Shown here: positions 32,141-42,660 of the stretch, piece by piece
How the letters are laid out: each line of letters begins with the position of its first letter
Position numbering within the stretch: position 1 is the first letter of the stretch
Program-made: the position numbers and the translations under genes
Assembly: GCA_965262715.1 (NCBI GenBank)
Contig: OZ253553.1
Location: 416,001-480,000 of the forward strand
From: Bdellovibrionales bacterium
Lineage (GTDB): Bacteria > Bdellovibrionota > Bdellovibrionia > Bdellovibrionales > JAUICD01
Direction of reading: 5' to 3'
Length of the DNA stretch: 64,000 bases
The notes under the pieces: model-generated
What the model was told of the DNA's origin: nothing
Seen by the model: only the letters and a program-made list of their open reading frames with translations
The model's database searches: none

Positions 32141-33160
32141 ATGGTCAAACAGTATTTTAAATCATATCTAACAGTATTATCTTTGTTATTTTTTATTGTT
32201 GCCACTTATAGTCTTTCTCTTCACAGTCAGGCAAAAAAAGCGAGGACACAATTTGTTACAATTGGAACAGGTGGTATCACTGGAGTTTATTATCCAACAG
32301 GTGGAGCTATTTCAAAAATTATTAATAAGAAAAGAGATAGAGATAAAATACGCGCAAGTGTTGAATCTACTCCTGGATCTGTTTTTAATGTCAATGCTGT
32401 TGTTTCCAATGATTTAGAATTTGGTATTGTTCAATCAGACAGGCAATATCAGGCTGTTAAAGGTTTATCAGAGTGGAAAAGACGGGGCGGACAGAAAACT
32501 CTGAGGTCTGTACTTAGTCTTCACTCAGAGGTTGTCACCTTAGTGGCCTCTGTGGACAGTAAAATTCAAGAAATAAAAGACTTAAAAGGTAAAAGAGTAA
32601 ATGTTGGGAATTTTGGCTCGGGACAACGTCAAAATGCGATGGATGTTTTAAAGGTCTCTGGTCTTGATTGGCAAAAGGATTTTAAAGCTGAAGCTTTAAA
32701 GTCAGCTGAATCTCCTAAGATGCTGCAAGATAGTCGTATAGATGCTTTTTTCTTCACAGTAGGTCATCCAAGTGGAACTATAACAGAAGCGACCTCAGGA
32801 AAAACAAAAGTGCGATTTGTTCCTATTATTAATGACAAGTTGTTAAAGCAATTTCCTTATTATACAAAGGCAAGTATTAAAAGAGCTACGTACCCGATGG
32901 CCCAAAATAAAAAGGATATATCCTCTATTGGAATGAAGGCGACTCTAATTACATCATCAGATGTATCAGAGGATGTTGTCTACAAGGTGACTAAGGCTAT
33001 TTTTGAAAACTTAGATGAGTTTAAAAAGAGTCATCCAGCTTTATCTGGTTTAAAAAAACAAGGTATGTTTTTAGGTTTATCAGCTCCACTTCATAAAGGT
33101 GCTGTTAAGTATTATAAAGAGGCTAAACTAGATAAACATATTCCTAAAGAGCTGTTATAA
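32141..33160 (+). CDS. TAXI-family TRAP transporter solute-binding protein
   Basis: Motifs IGTGGITGVYYPTGG, GSVFN and PLHKGAVKYY. Confidence 0.93.
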   Translation: MVKQYFKSYLTVLSLLFFIVATYSLSLHSQAKKARTQFVTIGTGGITGVYYPTGGAISKIINKKRDRDKIRASVESTPGSVFNVNAVVSNDLEFGIVQSDRQYQAVKGLSEWKRRGGQKTLRSVLSLHSEVVTLVASVDSKIQEIKDLKGKRVNVGNFGSGQRQNAMDVLKVSGLDWQKDFKAEALKSAESPKMLQDSRIDAFFFTVGHPSGTITEATSGKTKVRFVPIINDKLLKQFPYYTKASIKRATYPMAQNKKDISSIGMKATLITSSDVSEDVVYKVTKAIFENLDEFKKSHPALSGLKKQGMFLGLSAPLHKGAVKYYKEAKLDKHIPKELL

Positions 33161-33288
33161 ACCACATAGACACTTTATTTTTTGGACTGATATTAGCAAA
33201 TAGTCTGGTTGTTGGGGGTGTATGTGAAGAGGAAGACAACAGAGGCAACAAAAGTCTCATATAACTTATTCTTCAGAGCAACAAAAAG

Positions 33289-35433
33289 ATGAAAAGTAGA
33301 ACTTTATCAATCATTTTTGTTACTGGGTGCTGGTTCTTATTTTCATTGTTTCAACTCACTTTACCTCAATTTATTCTTTTAAATCCAGAGTACATGAAAT
33401 TCATTCATTTAGGGTTTGCCACCATTTTAGTTTGTCTGCTTCCTATCAGGTTTTTAATTCCTTTTGTTGCTGGTTGCTGGTCATTATTTCAGCTAGCTCT
33501 GCCTAAATTTATTCTTTTAAATTCAGAATATATTCGAAGTATTCATTTAGGGTTTGCTATCTTTTTAGTTTATCTAAGCTTTCCTCTTGTCAAGAATTCT
33601 TTCCTTGTTAAGAAACTAAAACAGGCTCCTAAATTTCTACAATTTTTATATGTAAAAGAGCCAGGTTTTTTACGTCTTTTTCTTGCAATCATTTCATCTG
33701 CTTGTGCTCTGTATCTATTTTTTGATTACATAGGTATTGGGGAGCGTTCAGGTATCCCTAGTACAAGAGACATTGTCATAGGTAGTTTACTGATTATACT
33801 TCTTTTAGAAGCAGCTAGAAGATCACTAGGCCCTTCACTGCCTATCATTGCCGGCGCTTTTTTAGTTTATAGTTTTTTTAGTGAATACATGCCGGAGGTG
33901 ATCGCCTTTAAAAATGCGACTTTAGCTAAAGTGATCTCTAAGATTGCTATGGGAAGTGAGGGTATCTATGGTATTCCGCTTGATGTGTCAGCTTCTACTG
34001 TGTTTTTATTTGTTCTTTTTGGAACTATGTTAGAAAAAAGTGGTGGTGGGCAATACTTCATTCAGATCGCTTTCAGTTTGCTAGGTAAATTTAGAGGAGG
34101 GCCAGCAAAGGCTGCTGTTTTGGCTAGTGGCCTTACAGGGATGGTTTCAGGCTCTAGTATTGCAAATACAGTGACAACAGGGACATTCACTATTCCTCTT
34201 ATGAAAAAAGCGGGGTTTCCAGGATACAAAGCAGCAGCTGTGGAGGTGGCTGCTAGCACGAACGGTCAATTGATGCCTCCTATTATGGGAGCTGCTGCTT
34301 TTATCATTGCTGAATATTGTAGCATTTCTTATTTTGAAGTTTTAAAAGCAGCTATTATACCTGCCTTTGTATCTTATATTGCACTTATTTATATTGTTGA
34401 TTTAGAAGCTAAAAAAATGCAGCTACGTCCTGTTCCAAAAGAGCAGCTTCCTAAGTTCTGGCCCACATTTTTATCGGGCATACATTTTTTTATTCCTTTA
34501 GGATTTCTTATTTATCAATTGATTATTTTAAGAAGATCAGCATCTCTATCAGCTTATTATGCGATAACGGCTTTGATGGTCTTAATACTTGTGCGCAATC
34601 TTATTGTAGATTGTAAGAATGAGAGAAGAGGCAAACAAGTTGTTTCATCAATTTATCAGAGTTTTCGAGGGATATGGCACACCTTAGTAGCTGGCGCCTA
34701 TAATATGATGAGCATCAGTGTAGCTGTAGCCACGGCTGGTATTATTGTAGGAATTGTTACTTTAGGATTAGGCGGTGTTATGACAGATGTGATTGACTTG
34801 GTTGCAGGCGGTCATCTTATGCCGATGTTGTTGGTCACTGCAGGAGTGAGTCTACTTTTAGGTCTTGGTCTTCCAACGACAGCCAACTATATTGTTATGG
34901 CTTCACTGACTGCTCCTGCTATGGTAGCTCTTTCTGGAGACTTAGGGTTAGTAGTTCCTCTCATCGCAGCCCATTTATTTTGTTTTTATTTTGGTATTTT
35001 GGCAGATGATACACCACCTGTTGGTTTAGCTGCTTATGCTGCTGCTGCTATAGCAAAAGAAAACCCTATTAAAGTTGGAATACAAAGCTTTAAATATGAT
35101 ATGAGGACAGCTATTTTGCCTTTTATGTTTATATTTAATACAGAGATTCTCTTAGTAGGAGTTGATTCTATTTTATATGGATCTTTTATATTTATAACAA
35201 CTCTCATTGCTATGTTTGCATTTGTTTCTTGTGCGCAAGGCATCTTTTTTGTGAAATGTACTTGGTATGAAAGAGCTGTTTTGATATTACCTACATTGAT
35301 TTTATTTCGACCTGATCTGTTTATGGACTTATATCAAGATTGGAATATAAATGTATGGAGAGTTATTGGCATATTGTTATTTTTTGGAATTTACTCTTTT
35401 CAAAGGTTAAGAGTTTTAGCTTATAGTAGATAA
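33289..35433 (+). CDS. TRAP transporter fused 4TM/12TM permease
   Basis: Motifs GGPAKAAV, SGSSIAN, GQLMPPIMGAAAF, GLPTTANY and ADDTPPV. Confidence 0.93.
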   Translation: MKSRTLSIIFVTGCWFLFSLFQLTLPQFILLNPEYMKFIHLGFATILVCLLPIRFLIPFVAGCWSLFQLALPKFILLNSEYIRSIHLGFAIFLVYLSFPLVKNSFLVKKLKQAPKFLQFLYVKEPGFLRLFLAIISSACALYLFFDYIGIGERSGIPSTRDIVIGSLLIILLLEAARRSLGPSLPIIAGAFLVYSFFSEYMPEVIAFKNATLAKVISKIAMGSEGIYGIPLDVSASTVFLFVLFGTMLEKSGGGQYFIQIAFSLLGKFRGGPAKAAVLASGLTGMVSGSSIANTVTTGTFTIPLMKKAGFPGYKAAAVEVAASTNGQLMPPIMGAAAFIIAEYCSISYFEVLKAAIIPAFVSYIALIYIVDLEAKKMQLRPVPKEQLPKFWPTFLSGIHFFIPLGFLIYQLIILRRSASLSAYYAITALMVLILVRNLIVDCKNERRGKQVVSSIYQSFRGIWHTLVAGAYNMMSISVAVATAGIIVGIVTLGLGGVMTDVIDLVAGGHLMPMLLVTAGVSLLLGLGLPTTANYIVMASLTAPAMVALSGDLGLVVPLIAAHLFCFYFGILADDTPPVGLAAYAAAAIAKENPIKVGIQSFKYDMRTAILPFMFIFNTEILLVGVDSILYGSFIFITTLIAMFAFVSCAQGIFFVKCTWYERAVLILPTLILFRPDLFMDLYQDWNINVWRVIGILLFFGIYSFQRLRVLAYSR

Positions 35434-35618
35434 TCAATAGAAATATCTCGATCCATAACAGTTTTTCGGCCATTCGACTTAGCACTTTCAATACCTTTCT
35501 TACATAGGATTTCAACGGCTTTAGAAAGTTGCTCTAGACTTTTAGCAGATGCTTGAAGATCACCGGTATCTTTAATGTATTTTTTAACTTTGCTTGCTAC
35601 GACTAATAGTTCTGCCAT
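35421..35618 (-). CDS. Bacterial histone-fold protein (Bd0055-like)
   Basis: 65 aa MAELLVVASKVKKYIK...AKSNGRKTVMDRDI with the histone-fold RKTV...D motif; GGAGGG RBS. Confidence 0.9.
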   Translation of the reverse strand: MAELLVVASKVKKYIKDTGDLQASAKSLEQLSKAVEILCKKGIESAKSNGRKTVMDRDISIDYLL

Positions 35619-35979
35619 GTCGACCCTCCATATTTTATTGTTGTTAATAATATCGTATGAGTCATTTTTTAGATAGGCAATATAATGGCAATATATCCTA
35701 GTCCCTTGTCCTAATTGAAATGTCTTTTGTTGAAAAAACAGTTGAATGAAGTGAAAAAAGAACTTATTGAGGTAATTCCATTTGAATATAGGAATAAATC
35801 ATGATAAAAACAATAGATATCAACCATAGTCAAGGTTTTAAAGGTTTTGATACAAAAGAGCTAACAGATTAACAATCTCTTGTTGCAAAAATATGCCCCC
35901 ACCTCTTGTAGTTACCTATTCAGAAAAATAAGCCTTTTCTAACTGTTTATTTAAAAAAGTAGGTGTATAAATAAAAAAG

Positions 35980-37275
35980 ATGAACTATGTAAAGCAAAAT
36001 CCATTCAATCCTAATTCAATAGTAAGTCCTAATTTATTTACTGGACGCGCTACACAAATTTCTCAGGTCATTAGAAGGCTTGCTCAAACGAGAGAAGGAA
36101 TATTAGCAAACTTTATTATTCAAGATGAAAGAGGTATTGGTAAGACAGCTTTTGCTAAGTTTTCTATGTTTTTAGCTCAAAAACAAGATCCAAAATTGGA
36201 AAATTTAAGTTTTTTAACAACATATTATGCTATTGAAAAAGATCAATCTTTTCAATCTGTATTACAGTCATCATTAAACCTTTTGACAGACCAGCTTCCA
36301 GAAACGTCCATCGATCGGTTAAAGACTCGCTTAGGTGATTTTTTTAGAAATGGAAAGTTTAATGTTGGAGCATTTGGAGATAGAGCTATTGTTGATCAGA
36401 CGATAAAGACTACCCAAGAATTCTTTATGGTAAAAGATCAGGTTATTTCTATTTTAACTAATATCATCAAAGGAATTCAAGAAGATAAAAAGACTAATAA
36501 GAAAAAGATGTATGATGGAATATTAATTGTCTTAGATGATATTCATAATACAAAAGAACTTAATGCTATTGCCCAGATACTTCGCAACATATCTACAATT
36601 TTAGATATAAATGGTCTTAGCAATATTTCATTTATGATTATAGGTCATGAAGAGGGAATTCAACAATTTTTTGATGGAGATCCGTCTGCTAAACACAATT
36701 TTGATTTTATTCCACTAGGAGTCATGTCTGGTATTGAAGCAGAAGAGATATTAAAAAAAGGTTTTAAACAAGCGCAAGTGGGATATAATAAATCCGTTTT
36801 AACAGAAATGGTTAAGAATGTAGGAGGATATCCTTACTCTATAAAAACTCTAGGGCGCAACCTCATTGACACAGATAAAGATAATTACATTGATCAGAAG
36901 GATTGGAAAGAGGCGATATCTAAAACGCTCGATGAATTACAATCAAAGGATTTCTCTGATATGTACAACTTTGAGAGGCCAGTGACGTTGCGTGAGAAAG
37001 TATTAAACTTTTTAGCGTTCCGATCTGAACCCATTTCAAAAAAAGAGCTTGCAGAGTTTTTTAATGGGATAAATATCTATACGAGATCATGTCTTCCAAA
37101 ACTAAAAAGTTTAGGAGCTATAAAAGAAAATAAAGAGACAGGTTACTTAGATATGCAATCAACATTATTTAAGTCAGTTGTTAGGTTGCATTTAATTTCT
37201 AAATCCCTAGAAGAGAAAAAATATCCAATGTATATAAAACAAGTAGGAAAAAGTAAAATAGTTATAAACCCTTAA
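35980..37275 (+). CDS. P-loop ATPase (AAA/STAND-like, NPF...FTGR type) with C-terminal winged-helix-like region
   Basis: NPFNP, FTGR, Walker A variant DERGIGKT, Walker B IVLDD and GGYPY. Confidence 0.8.
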   Translation: MNYVKQNPFNPNSIVSPNLFTGRATQISQVIRRLAQTREGILANFIIQDERGIGKTAFAKFSMFLAQKQDPKLENLSFLTTYYAIEKDQSFQSVLQSSLNLLTDQLPETSIDRLKTRLGDFFRNGKFNVGAFGDRAIVDQTIKTTQEFFMVKDQVISILTNIIKGIQEDKKTNKKKMYDGILIVLDDIHNTKELNAIAQILRNISTILDINGLSNISFMIIGHEEGIQQFFDGDPSAKHNFDFIPLGVMSGIEAEEILKKGFKQAQVGYNKSVLTEMVKNVGGYPYSIKTLGRNLIDTDKDNYIDQKDWKEAISKTLDELQSKDFSDMYNFERPVTLREKVLNFLAFRSEPISKKELAEFFNGINIYTRSCLPKLKSLGAIKENKETGYLDMQSTLFKSVVRLHLISKSLEEKKYPMYIKQVGKSKIVINP

Positions 37276-37287
37276 TGAGTATGAACT

Positions 37288-37603
37288 TCATGATTTTTTG
37301 GATTTTAAATGTGATCGGTGAACAAAAGTCACAGTACAAACATAAAGCCAATGTAATAGCACAAAGCCTGAGACGTACTCGATCCCACCTCCTCCAAATC
37401 CATAAGAGTGCAAGCCAGCACCTAATACAAAGTTAACTCCGTACCAGGCCATCAATACCAATGAGAAACAAATACCACTCCAAGCCAGAAACCCAAAGTT
37501 TCCAAGCCATCCAGAAAGCCTGCCATGTATGACTGCAATATATCCTAAAAGGGCAATTAGAGCCCATGTCTCTTTAGGGTCCCAGCCCCAAAATCGTCCT
37601 CAT
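37288..37603 (-). pseudogene. Diverged duplicate of the ccsA 3' end (~313 bp, direct repeat of 53251-53563)
   Basis: About 13 mismatches by manual count, nearly all synonymous; encodes [12 protein letters not shown]...HLKSKKS*. Confidence 0.92.
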
Positions 37604-37680
37604 TAGATATGCAATCCACATTATTTAAGTCAGTTGTTAGACTACATTTAATTTCTAAATCACTAAAAGAAAAATATTAA
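37603..37680 (+). repeat. Diverged duplicate of the ATPase 3' end (copy of 37147-37222)
   Basis: Encodes LDMQSTLFKSVVRLHLISKSLKEKY* with mostly synonymous differences. Confidence 0.88.
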
Positions 37681-38133
37681 ACCTCAAGTAAAAATAACAA
37701 ACATTTGTAGTGATCTTTAAAGCACATAACTTATTGAAATTATTGAATGAGTCATGTGTAATATGTTGAAGTTTGGGAAAAGATTTTGCTTTCAAGAAGG
37801 ACAGGCTCAATAGATATAAGATACATTTTTTAAATGAAGATCATTTAGTCATTTTGGATCAGTTAGTCCTGTGAAAAAAGTGTAACCTATGTCTCAATAT
37901 GTACAGTAGTTTGTAAAAATTCAAGTTCAATTTTGATATTCACTTCATAATTGAAGTTGGCCTCTTTTCTTGAGGTTTATTAAAGCTTGAAGATTTCTGC
38001 TTAAAATCAAGAGAGACAGATGCTGAAAACCAGCATTTCATGGCTATAATAAAAAAACTGAGCTTAAAATCATACAGATAGTTTATTTTTATGGTAAAAA
38101 TCCGAAATATTAAAAATATGGGGTCATAAATCT

Positions 38134-40338
38134 ATGGACAATAATGATCAGCAAACATTTAGAGATATAACAAATCAGCTAAAGTTTGAATCTTCTAGAG
38201 ATAACATTCTTAATGATTTTTACGTACCTATTTTAAAAAGAGCCAAAAAATATGATCGCATGGCAGGTTTTTTCAGTTCATCGTCATTAGCTATAGCAGT
38301 TAATGGATTCTCAGAATTTTTTATCAAATCAGGGCAAATGCGGATGATTTGTTGTGCAAAAATCGACCAAAAAGATATTGAAAGTATAAATGCTAAAAAT
38401 TTACAAGTATCTGAAATTATAGATCAATTTAGCAATCTTTCAATTAAAGAAATAAAAGATGAGATCATTCAAAATAGAATGAAAATTCTGTGTTGGTTAG
38501 TGAAAACTGGCAGGCTGCAAATAAAAATTGCATTTTTCAGAGATATATCTGGGAAGATCATACCTTCTTCAAAGTCTAAGGCCCTGCAACATTCTAAGGT
38601 AGGTGTTATGGAAGATGAATTTGGGAATAAAATATCATTTAGTGGTTCTGTCAACGAATCTGCAATGGGTTGGGGGAAAAATATAGAAGAATTTAAGGTT
38701 TTTAGAAATTGGATACCTATTCAAAGTGATTACTTTGAGTTAGATGAAAAAAAGTTTGAACAATATTGGAATGGAGAAATAAAATCTATAGCATTGATAG
38801 ATATTCCTGAAGCTGTAAAAGAGAATTTGATTGAATTTGCACCAAAAGATGAAATGGAATTGCATGAAGAAATTGCAAAGTTGAAAGGAGAAGCACTTAG
38901 AGATAAAAGTAGTGATAGCATTTCAGGGCCATCTCTTCCAAAAGAATTAAAGTTAAGAGGTTATCAAAGAAAAGCTATTGACAAATGGATCAATCAAAAT
39001 GGAAAAGGTGTGTTTAAAATGGCTACAGGGACAGGCAAAACAAAAACTGCTCTAGGGTCTCTTTTAAAACTCTATGAAATTTTAGACACAACTAAAAAGC
39101 TTCCTCTTGTAGTGATTATCGTATGTCCATATCAACATCTTGTAAGACAATGGGAAGAAGAATGTTCCAGCTTTGGTTTTAAGCCTTTACTTTGTTTTAA
39201 AAGTAGACGTACATGGGAGAAAAAGTTGGCTAAAGGAAGATATGAAGTCAATACTGGAATGACAAATTTTTTATCACTAATTGTGACAAATTCCACATTT
39301 ATCAGAACTGACTTTCAGAGTGAAATCTCTAATATAAGAAAAAATATTCTTTTGATCTGTGATGAGGCTCATAATTTAGGAGCTGAAAGAACAAAAGATA
39401 AACTTCCTGATAAAGCGGCGTTTAGGTTAGCACTTTCTGCTACTTTTGAAAGACATCTTGATGAGGAAGGGACAGAAGACCTTAGAAAATATTTTGGACA
39501 CACTTGTATAGATTTTGGCCTTAAAGAAGCTATTGAAAGTGGTTGCCTCTCTGAATATCATTATTATCCTCAGTTAGTTGAATTGACAAATGAAGAAAAT
39601 AGAGAGTATGAAGAAATTTCAAAATCAATAGCTCGATTAAATAAAGGAAAAGAGAAATTAGATTTTAATAATCCTCAGATAAAGAGCTTACTGTTAAAAA
39701 GAGCTAGAATTATTGGCAAGGCAGAAAATAAATATCAAAAGTTAGATGAAATGTTTTCTAAGATTGAAGATCTTAAGAGTGTAAAAAACACTTTGATATT
39801 TTGTGGTGATGGAATGGTCGAAGATGAAACAGATCAAAACAAAACAGGAAGCCATTTTATTAGGCAAGTAGAAAGAATCACAAAACTTTTAGGAGACAAG
39901 TTTCAGCTTAAGGTCAGATCATATACTGCCGAAAACTCTTATGAAAGCAGAAAATTGATCACAGACTCATTTAAGCGAAAGGAGACTCAAGTTGTTGTAG
40001 CTATAAGATGTTTAGATGAGGGTGTAGATATTCCTTCTGCAGAATGTGCCTATTTTTTAGCAAGCAGCCAAAATCCAAAACAATTTATTCAAAGAAGGGG
40101 GCGGATTTTAAGGAAAGATCCTCAAAATCCTAACAAAGTAGCAAAAATCTATGATTTTATTGTGATCCCCTCTTTTATAGAGAGATATAATGATAGAACT
40201 TTTTCTATTGAGAGGAATTTAATTAAAAAAGAGTTTAAGAGAGCAATGGAGTTTGCAAAGTATGCTCGCAATGCACACGCATCAAGAGCTATTCTTTTGG
40301 AATTGCAAAGTAAATATCATTTATTGGGTATGGAGTGA
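38134..40338 (+). CDS. pbeA: PLD-like nuclease plus SF2 DEAH helicase, phosphorothioation-associated (PbeA-like)
   Basis: HSKVGVMED (HKD-like), FSGSVNES, MATGTGKT, DEAH, LSAT, LDEGVDIP and QRRGRILR; dnd context. Confidence 0.85.
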   Translation: MDNNDQQTFRDITNQLKFESSRDNILNDFYVPILKRAKKYDRMAGFFSSSSLAIAVNGFSEFFIKSGQMRMICCAKIDQKDIESINAKNLQVSEIIDQFSNLSIKEIKDEIIQNRMKILCWLVKTGRLQIKIAFFRDISGKIIPSSKSKALQHSKVGVMEDEFGNKISFSGSVNESAMGWGKNIEEFKVFRNWIPIQSDYFELDEKKFEQYWNGEIKSIALIDIPEAVKENLIEFAPKDEMELHEEIAKLKGEALRDKSSDSISGPSLPKELKLRGYQRKAIDKWINQNGKGVFKMATGTGKTKTALGSLLKLYEILDTTKKLPLVVIIVCPYQHLVRQWEEECSSFGFKPLLCFKSRRTWEKKLAKGRYEVNTGMTNFLSLIVTNSTFIRTDFQSEISNIRKNILLICDEAHNLGAERTKDKLPDKAAFRLALSATFERHLDEEGTEDLRKYFGHTCIDFGLKEAIESGCLSEYHYYPQLVELTNEENREYEEISKSIARLNKGKEKLDFNNPQIKSLLLKRARIIGKAENKYQKLDEMFSKIEDLKSVKNTLIFCGDGMVEDETDQNKTGSHFIRQVERITKLLGDKFQLKVRSYTAENSYESRKLITDSFKRKETQVVVAIRCLDEGVDIPSAECAYFLASSQNPKQFIQRRGRILRKDPQNPNKVAKIYDFIVIPSFIERYNDRTFSIERNLIKKEFKRAMEFAKYARNAHASRAILLELQSKYHLLGME

Positions 40339-40343
40339 TTTAG

Positions 40344-40523
40344 ATGGAAAGTATGCAGAATGAAAGAAAAAAAGAATTAAAAAATCAGTCTGATAATTTT
40401 TCAGATGATGAGAACAAGATTATAAAGGAGATTCTTGAGATTCATAGAAAGACAGCGCATATCGTCAATCCAAGTCAAATAGATGAAATTAAGGAGATCA
40501 TAGAAGGAAGGATTAAAAAATGA
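40344..40523 (+). CDS. pbeB: Small 59-aa protein, PbeB-like (absent from the ORF track)
   Basis: MESMQNERKK...IDEIKEIIEGRIKK*; starts 5 nt after the helicase stop and overlaps the next gene as ATGA. Confidence 0.65.
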   Translation: MESMQNERKKELKNQSDNFSDDENKIIKEILEIHRKTAHIVNPSQIDEIKEIIEGRIKK

Positions 40524-42628
40524 TTCTTAAGGAGATCACTCTTTATAATTTTAGACAGTTTTATGATGAGTATACTTTAAAATTTAACACATCAACAAAT
40601 CCAGGGAAAAATGTAACCCTTGTTATTGGGCAGAATGGAAGTGGAAAAACAGCACTACTAAATTCTATCTGGTGGTGTTTGTATGGTAAAACCACTGAAA
40701 GTTTTAAAGGCTCAGAAAAGATAATTAGCCTTAAAGCTATTGCAGAATCTCAAGTTGATCAACAAGTTAGTTGTAAAGTTTCTATTATCTTTGAGCATAA
40801 TGATGGTTTAGAATATGCCATTACAAGACAGAGGATAGGAAGAGTTAGTGATAATTTAAATTTAAAAGAAAAAGATGAAAAACTTACTTTTAAGAAGGGT
40901 AATGAAGAAGAAGATCAAAATCCTTCAAAACAAAAGCAAGAGACTTATCAAGAACAAATTGAAAAATTATTACCAATAGCTTTGGCCCCTTATTTCTTCT
41001 TTGATGGGGAGTCTTTACAATATATGACTAGTAAAAATGAAAAAACGGCAACAGCTATAAGACTGATTATGGGAATAATAGTACTTACAAGATCTGCTAA
41101 TGATTTAAAAGAGATATCTAAAAAGTTTATGCATCGATGGAGAAATAATTCAGAAAATAAAAAGCTCGAGATCCAAACAGAAAAATTAGACAACATGATT
41201 GAGAAATTAAGAAAAGATGAAAAGCAATTAGAACTTGAAAATAAAGAGATTAAAGCCATTGGGGAGCGCATATCTTCTATAGAAAAAAGACTTGAAGAAG
41301 ATGAATTTACAAGACAAAGTCAAAAGGAGTTGAAAGAGGTTGAAGAAAAAATTAAGGATATAAAAAATAAACAAACTGAAAATCAAAAGAATAAAGCTGA
41401 AGCTCTATCCTCTATAGGGTGTCTTATATTCCTTGAAGATATGATAAAAAACGTTGAAAAACTGATAAAAAAATCTAAAAAAGCGGGACTTATTCCTAAA
41501 CCTTATCAAAAGGCATTTATAGAAGATTTATTAAATAGAAAAAAATGTATTTGTGGAAGTGATATTACTCAAGGGACAGAGGTATTTAATAAAATCCATC
41601 AATTAAGAGATCAAGGTAGTGATGATGATGTTGATCAGAAAGTAGCAGAACTCAATGGAAAGGTTGAGGATTACAAAGATAAAACAGAAAGTTTTAAGAA
41701 TGATTTGGATCATTATTTAAATCAGGAAGGACAACTAGAAAGTAGCCTTCTAGAATTTCAAGAAAGAGAAACTGTTATTTCAAAGAAATTAGGAAAACAA
41801 GCTAGGCAAATTGAAGAGAGTGAAAACCTTGCAGAAATAGCCGAAAGACTTAAGAAAGAAAAAGAGGAAAAAAATAAAGAAGTAAATCGTCTTGAAAATG
41901 AAATCAAAAATAATAAAAATGATCAAGATAAACTAAGAAATGAATTAAAAAAATTGACTGAAAAGGACAGAAAAGGAAAGCTTGCTAAACAAAGAATGGA
42001 GGTTGCAGAAAAAATTGGTAGCTTTTTAGAAAGCTTTGCAGAATGGCAAGAACAACAGATTCATAAAGAGTTACAAGAAGGTATAAATGAAACCTTCAAA
42101 AAAATTGCTATAAAGCCTTTTAAGATTGAATTATCTTCTTCCTATAAGTTCAAGGTTTTAAATGAATTTGGTCAAAACCATATAGAAATTGGAGAATCTG
42201 CTGGTGAATCCCAAATGCTATCACTTGCTTTTATTGGCAATCTATTACAATTAGCAAAGAAACCTAAAAATCCGCTTGCTCAAATGTTTTCAGAAGGTAT
42301 TGGTGGTCATTATCCTTTGGTGATAGACTCTCCTTTTGGGCCATTAGATGATAACTACCGTCCACAAATTATAGAAGCTGAGATAAATCTAGCACCTCAA
42401 GTGATTATTTTTGCTTCTGGCTCTCAATGGGATGATGCAATTGATAAGAAAGTCAGGCCTTATATTAATTCCCAATATTTCATCAAATATTTTAAACCTG
42501 AACATCAATGGAAGGATGAAGATAATAAGGGTTATATTTTGAAAATAAATAACAAAGAATATAAATTTCTAGAGAAAACAAGTGAATGTTTTGAGTTTTC
42601 AAAATTGGAAAAAATTAGAAATGAATAA
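40520..42628 (+). CDS. pbeC: SMC/Rad50-like ABC ATPase (PbeC-like)
   Basis: GQNGSGKT, FFFDGE, coiled coils with central CICG, SAGE and IDSPFGPLD. Confidence 0.8.
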   Translation: MILKEITLYNFRQFYDEYTLKFNTSTNPGKNVTLVIGQNGSGKTALLNSIWWCLYGKTTESFKGSEKIISLKAIAESQVDQQVSCKVSIIFEHNDGLEYAITRQRIGRVSDNLNLKEKDEKLTFKKGNEEEDQNPSKQKQETYQEQIEKLLPIALAPYFFFDGESLQYMTSKNEKTATAIRLIMGIIVLTRSANDLKEISKKFMHRWRNNSENKKLEIQTEKLDNMIEKLRKDEKQLELENKEIKAIGERISSIEKRLEEDEFTRQSQKELKEVEEKIKDIKNKQTENQKNKAEALSSIGCLIFLEDMIKNVEKLIKKSKKAGLIPKPYQKAFIEDLLNRKKCICGSDITQGTEVFNKIHQLRDQGSDDDVDQKVAELNGKVEDYKDKTESFKNDLDHYLNQEGQLESSLLEFQERETVISKKLGKQARQIEESENLAEIAERLKKEKEEKNKEVNRLENEIKNNKNDQDKLRNELKKLTEKDRKGKLAKQRMEVAEKIGSFLESFAEWQEQQIHKELQEGINETFKKIAIKPFKIELSSSYKFKVLNEFGQNHIEIGESAGESQMLSLAFIGNLLQLAKKPKNPLAQMFSEGIGGHYPLVIDSPFGPLDDNYRPQIIEAEINLAPQVIIFASGSQWDDAIDKKVRPYINSQYFIKYFKPEHQWKDEDNKGYILKINNKEYKFLEKTSECFEFSKLEKIRNE

Positions 42629-42660
42629 TAATCTAACTTTTAAAAAGTGAGTTTTTAAAT

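Noticed and set aside
37288..37603. DGR template/variable repeat pair with the ccsA 3' end
   Set aside because: Mismatches are not adenine-specific and are mostly synonymous; no reverse transcriptase is in the window.
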